64,000 nt of DNA from Pecten maximus (lineage: Eukaryota). The stretch lies in the NCBI RefSeq assembly GCF_902652985.1, contig NC_047015.1:45756001-45820000 (forward strand), given 5' to 3'. The notes beneath the pieces were generated by a model, which saw only the letters and a list, made by a program, of their open reading frames with translations, did no database searches and was not told where the DNA came from. Shown here in pieces: positions 40,535-52,764 of this stretch. Made by a program: the position numbers and the translations under genes. How positions within the stretch are numbered: position 1 is the stretch's first letter; every line of letters begins with the position of its first letter.

Positions 40535-41117
40535 TCTTCTATGGCTGCTGATGCTGAATCTGTTTTCAACTTCTTAAAATCGTAGTTTCGTGTTCGTATT
40601 TGTAGAGTATGCAATGGTTGGCTATACCTCATATCAAGAATGCTTTTTACATTTCACACAATGACACGTAACGAGGAATTTCCGTCCGCCAATGTTTTTG
40701 TCCGTTAAAGTTCCAGTCCACAATCAGTTATTTATGCCTACACATATCGAGTAGAAAATGCATGCCGCGAAATAAAAATGGAGATTTCAGATTAATTCGC
40801 CGAGGAGCAAGTCTACTGGAATGATTCGACAGCGAATGCGTCAGAACAAAGAGCTAATCGTTTATTAATGTAATTTGACAGTCGTTCGTTCAGTGCAAAC
40901 GCTTTCATATCTAACATAAGAAATTCCATATGTTTACGCCAAGTCCTTAAACAAGGGTAATAAATATCAAATGTTACTGCAAATGGAAAAATCAACATGA
41001 AGATCTTACCTGTTAAATGGCGTAAGCTTCATTACACCAGCTCGCTTTCTGATTGGGTGGCATTTACCTGTATAGTCTTTGTGACGTGCATACCATAAAT
41101 ATGTATTGTCACTGTAT

Positions 41118-41280
41118 NNNNNNNNNNNNNNNNNNNNNNNNNNNNNNNNNNNNNNNNNNNNNNNNNNNNNNNNNNNNNNNNNNNNNNNNNNNNNNNNNNN
41201 NNNNNNNNNNNNNNNNNNNNNNNNNNNNNNNNNNNNNNNNNNNNNNNNNNNNNNNNNNNNNNNNNNNNNNNNNNNNNNNN
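41118..41280. other. Assembly gap (163 N)
   Basis: Run of N. Confidence 1.
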
Positions 41281-41544
41281 ATATTATTGTTACCTGTAAT
41301 GTACATGCAGGTTGGGAACATTCTCTTAAATAGCCTCTGCTGGACCTTTAAACCATACATTGTACCAAATGACAACTGCTGTATTTAGAGAAATAGCCGT
41401 TTGACTTGTTAATGAAGGTTGTAAATTGTTTCTTACACGTGAAAATTTAATATATAATGTAACAATTAAACCACAATACTGCTTGTAAGTATAAACATAG
41501 TTTCTTACCCACAGACGTCGACTCTCAAGTCCTATCTAACGTAT

Positions 41545-44500
41545 GCTTACTTACTGACACATCCTAACGCCAACCCTTACTAGTATGGACATCCTAACGC
41601 CTACCCTTACTAGTATTTACATATCCTAACCCCAAATCTTACTAGTATTTACATATCCCAACACCTACCCTTACTAGTATTGACATATCCTAACGCCAAC
41701 CCTTACTAGTATTGACATATCCTAAACCCAACCCTTACTAGTATTTACATATCCTAACGTCTACCCTTACAAGTATTGACATGTCCTAACCCCATCCCTT
41801 ACTAGTATTGACATATCCTAACGCCTACCATTACTAGTATTGACACATCCTAACGCCAACCCTTACTAGTATTGACATATCCTAACGCCTACCATTACTA
41901 GTATTGACATATCCTAACGCCTACCCTTACTAGTATTGACATATCCTAACCCCAACCCTTACTAGTATTTACATATCCTAAACCCAACCCTTACTAGTAT
42001 TTACATATCCTAACGTCTACCCTTACAAGTATTGACATGTCCTAACCCCATCCCTTACTAGTATTGACATATCCTAACGCCAACCCTTACTAGTATTGAC
42101 ACATCCTAACGCCAACCCTTACTAGTATTGACATATCCTAACGCCAACCCTTACTAGTATTGACATGTTCTAACGTCTACCCTTACTAGTATTGACATGT
42201 CCTAACGCCTACCCTTACTAGTATTGACATATCCTTACGCCTACCCTTGCTAGTATTGACATATCCTAACGCCTACCCTTGCTAGTATTGACATGTTCTA
42301 ACGTCTACCCTTACTAGTATTGACATATCCTAACGCCAACCCTTACTAGTATTGACATGTCCTAACGCCAGCCCTTACTAGTATTGACATATCCTTACGC
42401 CTACCCTTGCTAGTATTGACATATCCTAAAGCCTACCCTTACTAGTATTGACATATCCTAACGCCAACCCTTACTAGTATTGACATATCTTAACGCCTAC
42501 CCTTACTAGTATTGACATATCCTAACGCCAACCCTTACTAGTATTGACATGTTCTAACGTCTACCCTTACTAGTATTGACATGTCCTAACGCCTACCCTT
42601 ACTAGTATTGACACATCCTAACCCCAACACTTACTAGTATTGACATATCCTAACGCCAACCCTTACTAGTATTGACATATCCTAACGCCAACCCTTACTA
42701 GTATTGACATGTCCTAACGCCTACCCTTACTAGTATTGACACATCCTTACCCCAACCCTTACTAGTATTGACATGTTCTAACGTCTACCCTTACTAGTAT
42801 TGACATATCCTAACGTCTACCCTTACTAGTATTGACACATCCTAACCCCAACCCTTACTAGTATTGACATATCCTAACGCCTACCCTTACTAGTATTGAC
42901 ACATCCTAACCCCAACCCTTACTTGTATTGACATATCCTAACGCCAACCCTTACTAGTATTTACATATCCTAACGTTTACCCTTACTAGTATTGACATAT
43001 CCTAACGCCTACCCTTACTAGTATTGACATATCCTAACGCCAACCCTTACTAGTATTGACATATCCTAACGCCAACCCTTACTAGTATTGACATGTCCTA
43101 ACGCCAACCCTTACTAGTATTGACATATCCTAACGCCTACCCTTACTAGTATGGACATATCCTAACGCCTACCCTTACTAGTATTGACATATCCTAACGC
43201 CTATCCTTACTAGTATGGGCATCCTAACGCCAACCCTTACTAGTATTGACATGTCCTAACGCCAACCCTTACTAGTATTGACATATCCTAACGCCTACAC
43301 TTACTAGTATTGACATATCCTAACGCCAACCCTTACTAGTATTGACACATCCTAACGCCAACCCTTACTAGTATTGACATATCCTAACGCCAACCCTTAC
43401 TAGTATTGACATATCCTAACGCCAACCCTTACTAGTATTGACATGTCCTAACGCCTACCCTTACTAGTATTGACACATCCTTACCCCAACCCTTACTAGT
43501 ATTGACATGTTCTAACGTCTACCCTTACTAGTATTGACATATCCTAACGTCTACCCTTACTAGTATTGACACATCCTAACCCCAACCCTTACTAGTATTG
43601 ACATATCCTAACGCCTACCCTTACTAGTATTGACACATCCTAACCCCAACCCTTACTTGTATTGACATATCCTAACGCCAACCCTTACTAGTATTTACAT
43701 ATCCTAACGTTTACCCTTACTAGTATTGACATATCCTAACGCCTACCCTTACTAGTATTGACATATCCTAACGCCAACCCTTACTAGTATTGACATATCC
43801 TAACGCCAACCCTTACTAGTATTGACATGTCCTAACGCCAACCCTTACTAGTATTGACATATCCTAACGCCTACCCTTACTAGTATGGACATATCCTAAC
43901 GCCTACCCTTACTAGTATTGACATATCCTAACGCCTATCCTTACTAGTATGGGCATCCTAACGCCAACCCTTACTAGTATTGACATGTCCTAACGCCAAC
44001 CCTTACTAGTATTGACATATCCTAACGCCTACACTTACTAGTATTGACATATCCTAACGCCAACCCTTACTAGTATTGACACATCCTAACGCCAACCCTT
44101 ACTAGTATTGACATATCCTAACGCCAACCCTTACTAGTATTGACATATCCTAACGCCTACCCTTACTAGTATTGACATATCCTAACGTTTACCCTTACTA
44201 GTATTGACATATCCTAACGCCAACCCTTACTAGTATTTACATATCCTAACGCCTACCCTTACTAGTATTGACATATCCTAACGCCAACCCTTACTAGTAT
44301 TGACATATCCTAACGCCAACCCTTACTAGTATTGACATGTCCTAACGCCTACCCTTACTAGTATTTACATATCCTAACGCCTACCCTTACTAGTATTGAC
44401 ACATCCTAACGCCAACCCTTACTAGTATTGACATATCCTAACGCCTACCCTTACTAGTATTGACACATCCTAACCCCAACCCTTACTAGTATTGACATAT

Positions 44501-47500
44501 CCTAACGCCAACCCTTACTAGTATTGACATATCCTAACGCCTACCCTTACTAGTATTGACATATCCTAACGCCTACCCTTACTAGTATTGACATATCCTA
44601 ACGCCAACCCTTACTAGTATTGACATATCCTAACGCCAACCCTTACTAGTATTGACATGTCCTAACGCCAACCCTTACTAGTATTGACATATCCTAACGC
44701 CTACCCTTACTAGTATGGACATATCCTAACGCCTACCCTTACTAGTATTGACATATCCTAACGCCTACCCTTACTAGTATGGACATCCTAACGCCAACCC
44801 TTACTAGTATTGACATATCCTAACGCCAACCCTTACTAGTATTGACATATCCTAACCCCAACCCTTACTAGTATTGACATATCCTAACGCCAACCCTTAC
44901 TAGTATTGACATGTCCTAACGCCAACCCTTACTAGTATTGACATATCCTAACGCCAACCCTTACTAGTATTGACATATCCTAACGCCTACCCTTACTAGT
45001 ATTGACATATCCTAACGCCTACCCTTACTAGTATTGACACATCCTAACCCCAACCCTTACTAGTATTGACATGTCCTAACGCCAACCCTTACTAGTATTG
45101 ACACATCCTAACGCCAACCCTTACTAGTATTGACATGTCCTAACGCCTACCCTTACTAGTATTGACATATCCTAACGCCTACCCTTACTAGTATTTACAT
45201 GTCCTCAAACATACCGTTCTAGTATTGACATATCCTAACGCCTCCCCTTACTAGTATTGACATATCCTAACGCCTACCCTTACTAGTATTGACATATCCT
45301 AACGCCAACCCTTACTAGTATTGACATATCCTAACGCCTACCCTTACTAGTATTGACATATCCTAACGCCAACCCTTACTAGTATTGACATATCCTAACG
45401 CCTACCCTTACTAGTATTGACATATCCTAACGCCTACCCTTACTAGTATTGACATATCCTAACGCCAACACTTACTAGTATTGACATATCCTAACGCCTA
45501 CCCTTACTAGTATTGACATATCCTAACGCCAACCCTTACTAGTATTGACATGTCCTAACGCCTACCCTTACTAGTATTGACATATCCTAACGCCTACCCT
45601 TACTAGTATTGACATATCCTAACGCCAACCCTTACTAGTATTGACATATCCTAACGCCAACCCTTACTAGTATTGACATGTACTAACGCCTACCCTTACT
45701 AGTATTGACATATCCTAACGCCAACCCTTACTAGTATTGACATGTCCTAACGCCAACCCTTACTAGTATTGACATGTCCTAACCCCAACCCTTACTAGTA
45801 TTGACATATCCTAACGCCTACCCTTACTAGTATTGACATATCCTAACCCAACCCTTACTAGTATTGACATATCCTAACGCCTACCCTTACTAGTATTGAC
45901 ATATCCTAACGCCTACCCTTACTAGTATTGACATATCCTAACGCCTACCCTTACTAGTATTGACATATCCTAACGCCTACCCTTACTAGTATTGACATGT
46001 CCTCAAACATACCGTTCTAGTATTGACATATCCTAACGCCTCCCCTTACTAGTATTGACATATCCTAACGCCTACCCTTACTAGTATTGACATATCCTAA
46101 CGCCTACCCTTACTAGTATTGACATATCCTAACGCCTACCCTTACTAGTATTGACATATCCTAACGCCAACCCTTACTAGTATTGACATATCCTAACGCC
46201 AACCCTTACTAGTATTTACATATCCTAACGCCCAACCCTTACTAGTATTGACATATCCTAACGCCTACCCTTACTAGTATTGACATATCCTAACGCCTAC
46301 CCTTACTAGTATTGACATATCCTAACGCCAACCCTTACTAGTATTGACATATCCTAACGCAACCCTTACTAGTATTGACATATCCTAACGCCTACCCTTA
46401 CTAGTATTGACATATCCTAACGCCAACCCTTACTAGTATTGACATATCCTAACGCCAACCCTTACTAGTATTGACATATCCTAACGCCTAACCCTTACTA
46501 GTATTGACATATCCTAACGCCTACCCTTACTAGTATTGACATATCCTAACGCCTACCCTTACTAGTATTGACATATCCTAACGCCTACCCTTACTAGTAT
46601 TGACATATCCTAACGCCTACCCTTACTAGTATTGACATATCCTAACGCCTACCCTTACTAGTATTGACATATCCTAACGCCTACCGTTCTAGTATTGACA
46701 TATCCTAACGCCTACCCTTACTAGTATTGACATATCCTAACGCCAACCCTTACTAGTATTGACATATCCTAACGCCAACCCTTACTAGTATTGACATATC
46801 CTAACGCCTACCCTTACTAGTATTGACATATCCTAACGCCTACCCTTACTAGTATTGACATATCCTAACGCCAACCCTTACTAGTATTGACATGTCCGAA
46901 CGCCTACCCTTACTAGTATTGACATGTCCTAACGCCAACCCTTACTAGTATTGACATGTCCTAACGCCAATCCTTACTAGTATTTACATATCCTAACGCC
47001 AACCCTTACTAGTATTGACATATCCTAACGCCAATCCTTACTAGTATTGACATATCCTAACGCCAACCCTTACTAGTATTTACATATCCTAACGCCTACC
47101 CTTACTAGTATTTACATATCCTAACCCCAACCCTTACTAGTATTGACATATCCTAACGCCTACCCTTACTAGTATTGACATGTCCTAACGCCAACCCTTA
47201 CTAGTATTGACATGTCCTAACGCCAATCCTTACTAGTATTGACATATCCTAACGTTTACCCTTACTAGTATTTACATATCCTAACGCCAACCCTTACTAG
47301 TATTGACATGTACTAACGCCTACCCTTACTAGTATTGACATATCCTAACCCCAACCCTTACTAGTATTGACATGTTCTAACGCCTACCCTTACTAGTATT
47401 GACATATCCTAACGCCAACCCTTACTAGTATTTACATATCCGAACGCCTACCCTTACTAGTATTGACATATCCTAACCCCAACCCTTACTGGTATTGACA

Positions 47501-48200
47501 TGTCCTAACGCCTACCCTTACTAGTATTGATATATCCTAACGCCTACCCTTACTAGTATTGACATATCCTAACGTCTACCCTGACTAGTATTGACATATC
47601 CTAACGCCAACCCTTACTAGTATTGACATATCCTAACGCCAACCCTTACTAGTATTGACATATCCTAACCCCAACCCTTACTAGTATTTACATATCCTAA
47701 CCCCAAATCTTACTAGTATTGACATATCCTAACGCCTACCCTTACTAGTATTGACATGTCCTAACGCCTACCCTTACTAGTATTGACATATCCTAACGCC
47801 AACCCTTACTAGTATTGACACATCCTAACGCCAACCCTTACTAGTATTTACATATCCTAACGCCAATCCTTACTAGTATTGACATGTCCTAACGCCAACC
47901 CTTACTAGTATTGACATGTCCTAACGCCAACGCTTACTAGTATTGACATATAGCATGTCCTCAATCCTTTCTAGTATTTACATATCCTAAAATGTACTTG
48001 TCCTAGCGGTAATTCGTACTTGTATTTACATATCTTAACGCCAACCCGTGCTAGTATTTACATATCCTAACACATACCGTTCTAGTATTTACATATCCTA
48101 ACGCATACCGTTCTAGTATTTACATATCCTAACGCATACCGTTCTAGTATTGACATATCATAACGCATACCGTTCTAGTATTGACATATCATAACGCATG
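41545..48200. repeat. 32-bp satellite, ~6.6 kb, ~200 copies
   Basis: Unit CCTAACGCC(A/T)ACCCTTACTAGTATTGACATAT with a TACTAGTA palindrome (SpeI site) per monomer; degenerate edges. Confidence 0.97.
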
Positions 48201-48229
48201 CTCTTCTAGTATTTAGTAGCCTGATTAAC

Positions 48230-48935
48230 CTACCTTTGATTATATACTTATATAGGATGTGACCTTTGATTTTATACTTACAAAGGATGTGACCTTTGAT
48301 TTTATACTTACAAAGGATGTGACCTTTGATTATATACTTATATAGGATGTGACCTTTGATTATATTTTTATACAGGGTGTGACCTTTGATGATATACTTA
48401 TATAGAGTGTGACCTTTGATTATATTCTTATATAGGATGTGACCTTTGATGATATACTTATTCAGGATGTGACCTTTGATGATATACTGATTGGCCCTGC
48501 AGGTAGGGCGTAAGAATTGTATCTGCTGCCCCCATTGCATGATCGTAGGAGGCGACTGAGTTTGGGATCTTATCTTTTCTCTTCCTTCTGAACAACTTTC
48601 TTCTTCCTAATGTCTCCCTTGACAATGCCTCACTTTTGGTCTTCAGTTGAGCGTTCGCCCCTGTGAGGAAGGCTATGGGTTCTGTCCCCTGGCCGAGACA
48701 TACCAGAGTCTTTAAAAATTTGATGATATACTTATATAGGATGTGACCTTTGATGATATACTTATATAGGATGTGACCTTTGATGATATACTTATATAGA
48801 GTGTGACCTTTGATTATATACTGATAAAGGATGTGACCTTTGATTATATACTTATATAGGATGTGACCTTTGATGATATACTTATATAGGGTGTGACCTT
48901 TGAGTATTTTGCATATTTCACGTCTGACCTTTGCG
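48230..48935. repeat. 30-bp minisatellite interrupted by a retroposon fragment
   Basis: Unit GACCTTTGATGATATACTTATATAGGATGT on both sides of the insert at 48493-48718. Confidence 0.9.
48493..48718 (+). mobile_element. SINE-like retroposon fragment: structured 5' leader plus degenerate tRNA-like region
   Basis: Non-repeat insert in the minisatellite. Its 3' part (CAGTTGAGCGTTCGCCCC...GGGTTCTGTCCCCTGGCCG) resembles a tRNA-derived SINE head; TTTGATGATATACT occurs on both flanks. Confidence 0.55.
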
Positions 48936-49587
48936 TATTTAACCTACTGATAAAATTATTATACTTATAAATGTTTTCTTACATATGCCATACTTGGCCT
49001 TTGACCTTTGCTGTGCTATACCAATTTCATGGTGTAGAATATTAGATGCTTCAGGTTTCATTTTGAGTGGAATTATTACCATAGCGCCAGTAAAGGTCGA
49101 AATGATCGGAATTGTTATTATTTCATCTCAAATAATTAAAAAAGTCCACTTATTTACAAAACGAGGTGTTTATTGCGAATTTAATGACAAGTATGAATTG
49201 ATAAGTGTAACAGTAATCACACGTCAGTAGCAGGGAAATGACGACAATTGCACTGTACAAATATACATCTATCTTTACTCATGTACCTTTATCACATGGT
49301 TTATACACTACGTATGTGTACATCAGACTTCACTATTGTGTCACATCAGCTGCACGTAATCTGCTACGTGTATATACATTTAATGTATGACGTCACACCG
49401 GCGTCACATCAGTTCATGAAATCGTATTTACTGCGCAGAACACGAATGTTCATTTCCGAGTCCAGAGGAAACCTGGTGACCATTCCCGATTCTAGAGGGA
49501 GCTCGTATGTCCATTCTCGCATGCAAAGCTACGTCTATATTTGTAATAGGAAAGTTTCCCACAACGAACAGTTACAGGGCGATGAAA

Positions 49588-51051
49588 TCATGCTCTGGAG
49601 AAGAGCGGAACAAGAAACACGCTTGAAAGTGCCATACTACCAATACTAAATGCAACGAAGAAGAATTTGTCAAAAGTCTGTGCCACGGTTTTCCACGTAA
49701 CACCATATCTAATTTCCGGTTGCTGATCTTCCTCTTCATCACTGCTCTCATCATCCACGACGACTGCCTGCGTCGGCTGGGGCGGTGGCTTCTTCAGCTC
49801 ATCTAGAGGGTCCGCTGCGGCATCCATTCCCAGTCGACTTGGACCGGCGCTAGGCGCCATGCTCGAGGGTGGACGACTTTTGTCTTCTGGTCCTGGTGTG
49901 GTCACCGGCTTTGGTCGCGGTGGTGGGGCCTTAGGTTCGGGCTTCTCTGGGTTTTTGTACTTTTCTCTACATATACGAAAAGTCATTGTGGCCACTAATG
50001 CAGCGACGTAGAATGGGACGGTGGATTCTTCGTCCTTGTCGTGAATGCGGAGGGTAAATATGGTAACAAGAGTTGACATGCTGCTCATGGCTAACATAGA
50101 TGATAGATAATAGCTCAACATAGCTAGCGGTGCGGATGTCTTTGGCAAGTTTTCAGCTAATATGGTCAAAAACACGGCAAAGGTTAGAAATACATTAACA
50201 GCAAAGCCTATTCTTTCTCCAGCATCTGCAGGTAATACGAAAACGAGGCTGTTAAGGAGCCCGACTAGTACGAGTGGACTGATCATGTTCACAATGAAAA
50301 ACACTGGTCTTCTTTTCAAATTCAGAATATACCTCCTGAACGGTTTGTTAGACGAGTTGTAAGTTGTAACAGTTGAACTTTCGAGATCCCATTCCTCGTT
50401 TTCATCGTAGTATTCAGTGTCCAGTTCTGTGGCCGAATTGTCGAACATGACCTCCTCTGCTGTGTAATCCCACATGGTCAGAACAAGTTCACAAGCCTGG
50501 CTGTCGAATGGATAGTACGTAGCGTCGACCGAACATCCTGTCGCGGTGGTCACTCCGGCTCGCCAGTAATTCTTGGCTGCGGCCAGAATGGTTTTCACGT
50601 GATAGTTCTTGTCAAAAATAGGTTTTAGTCCCTTTACAGAATTAAATATAGTGACGGGCGGGACCCAGACATCTGTCTGTAGAGAGTCCATCTCGTAAGG
50701 TTTGTGATGGCCGGGAATATACTTTGCGGTTAGATATTCGTCCCTCCAGATAACTGTAACTTTTGCCATTAAGTTCATCACGCCGGATACCTCGTCCAGA
50801 TCGGTAATTTTATACAACTGGAAAGTGACGTCAACAAATATTGTCTCATTTTGCATCAAGCGAGGGAAAACTCGACTGTCGTAAATAGTCGAATCAAACA
50901 GGTCAGTCAACATAACGGCAAAGTCCGACGCCGTTGGAACCGGAATGGTCTGACACAGGGTACAGTTGGACTCGATCAGGAAGGAGCCTCCGGACACTCC
51001 AGAGACGGCTGTCCCTATCAGCAGCAGGACCCGTAAACACATAATCTCCAT
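49588..51051 (-). CDS. Cys-loop LGIC / nAChR-like non-alpha subunit (gene 6); intronless; 487 aa from ATG 51051; Pro-rich M3-M4 loop
   Basis: Signal MEIMCLRVLLLIGTAVSGVSG (the 85 aa upstream in the ORF track are probably not translated). YDSRVFPR, Cys-loop CSVDATYYPFDSQAC, M2 AGERIGFAVNVFLTF, WKTVAQTFDKFFF. Confidence 0.94.
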   Translation of the reverse strand: MEIMCLRVLLLIGTAVSGVSGGSFLIESNCTLCQTIPVPTASDFAVMLTDLFDSTIYDSRVFPRLMQNETIFVDVTFQLYKITDLDEVSGVMNLMAKVTVIWRDEYLTAKYIPGHHKPYEMDSLQTDVWVPPVTIFNSVKGLKPIFDKNYHVKTILAAAKNYWRAGVTTATGCSVDATYYPFDSQACELVLTMWDYTAEEVMFDNSATELDTEYYDENEEWDLESSTVTTYNSSNKPFRRYILNLKRRPVFFIVNMISPLVLVGLLNSLVFVLPADAGERIGFAVNVFLTFAVFLTILAENLPKTSAPLAMLSYYLSSMLAMSSMSTLVTIFTLRIHDKDEESTVPFYVAALVATMTFRICREKYKNPEKPEPKAPPPRPKPVTTPGPEDKSRPPSSMAPSAGPSRLGMDAAADPLDELKKPPPQPTQAVVVDDESSDEEEDQQPEIRYGVTWKTVAQTFDKFFFVAFSIGSMALSSVFLVPLFSRA

Positions 51052-51969
51052 GTTGTTAATACGAACGAGAGAACACTTCCATCGTCTACACAGATTTACA
51101 TACCATGTACCCCGACGTAGGTGATATATTGTAGGTATTGGCGAAGTCACTGGCACGAAACCAGCTTTAAATTGATATGAAGGCGTCCTTTGTTCGTGTA
51201 AACTTGATACCGGGTCACAATTAGTCTGTTTTGTATCTAAACCTTTAAGGATATACACGATATTTTGAAATAGTCTATTGTCTATATTTGATATCTCGCT
51301 CACCATATCTATCCCTGGCCGATGTCCGATCTATACTTAAATCGTGCCATTGTTACACATGTGATAGGTAATGGAATCGCTGCCATTGTTAAGCTCTAGT
51401 TTGATTTGAAAATTCGAATGGCTCAAAATCACTACGAAAATGTTACTTATATAACTTCTTTACTGTCTTTATTTACAAATCTCTACAAAATACCAGACAC
51501 TTATGGACCAGATTTGGAAAGGATATGAAATGTCTTATATATCAATTGTTTTATTATGTGTGTGGTTAAGACTGCTATTTTCACCACGCCCAATACCACC
51601 AACGCATAAATATATAATCGTTTTGCAACAAACAAAAAAAAAAACAAAAAAAAACAAAAAAAAAAAAAAAGAAGAAAAAAACATGAATAGCTTTATTCCT
51701 CATATGTTTTTTTTACGATATCAATAATTTTGTGTGGTTCCAAATGGAAATCTTCCACTTATGAACTTCTATCATATATTGAAATCCTTCAAACGAAGGA
51801 GCGCCGTTTCCTTGTCGGTAAATAGGTAAAAATATAATTGAGTACAATACATATCTGTGTTGGATTTAATGACTGTTACAGATATACCCAGTATACACTG
51901 TTCTGAGCGGAGTGATCATTTTACTACCATCGTAGGGATTTTCCCTCAGAGGTGTTGGTGTCATATCAC

Positions 51970-52480
51970 AAATCTATATTGTCCCGAGGGTGGGGGTTGA
52001 TATTGTGACATAACCGATCTATATTGTCCCGAGGGTGGGGGCTGATATTGTGACACCACCGATCTTTATTGTCCCGAGGGTTGGGGTTGATATTGTGACA
52101 TAACCGATCTATATTGTCCCGAAGGCTGGAGTGGATATTGTGACATAACCGATCTATATTGTCCCGAGGGTTGGGGTTGATATTGTGACATCACTGATCT
52201 ATATTGTCCCGAGGGTTGGGGTTGATATTGTGACACCACCGATCTTTATTGTCCCGAGGGTGGGTGCTGATATAGTGACACCACCGATCTTTATTTTCCC
52301 GAGGGTGGGGGTTGATATTGTGACACCACCGATCTATATTGTCCCGAGGGTGGGGGTTGATATTGTGACACCACCGATCTATATTGTCCCGAGGGTAGGG
52401 GTTGATATTGTGACACCACTGATCTATATTGTCCCGAGGGTGGGGGCTGATATTGTGACACCACTGATCTGTATTGTACT
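51970..52480. repeat. 45-bp minisatellite, ~11 copies
   Basis: Unit GATCTATATTGTCCCGAGGGTGGGGGTTGATATTGTGACACCACC. Confidence 0.92.
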
Positions 52481-52764
52481 GTTCATTGTGGGTGTTTATG
52501 ACATTATAGATATTGCCCCGAGGGAGGGGATATATACCGTACTATATGTAGCGTTAGTCTGTCTTTTTTTCTAACCCTGGAATATTAATTTGCAAAGCGT
52601 TTGCTTTTTATTTTTCTCACATTTTGTTTGAAAGGGAGGATTCCGTATTGTTAATAATTGTATCACATCAGGTGAATTTTCTCCCTATCCTGACACATAT
52701 AGGCCCGAGGATAGGGGGTTTATCTCATAATTAACTGTGATACCGTGGCTAATATATCTCAGCA

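Noticed and set aside
48493-48570. Calling the leader an HDV-like or pistol ribozyme
   Set aside because: No P1 3' strand before the putative P4 (HDV), and no room for P2 or the conserved junctions (pistol).
51052-51306. 85-aa N-terminal extension of gene 6 in the ORF track
   Set aside because: The signal peptide starts at ATG 51051 and no paralog has such an extension.
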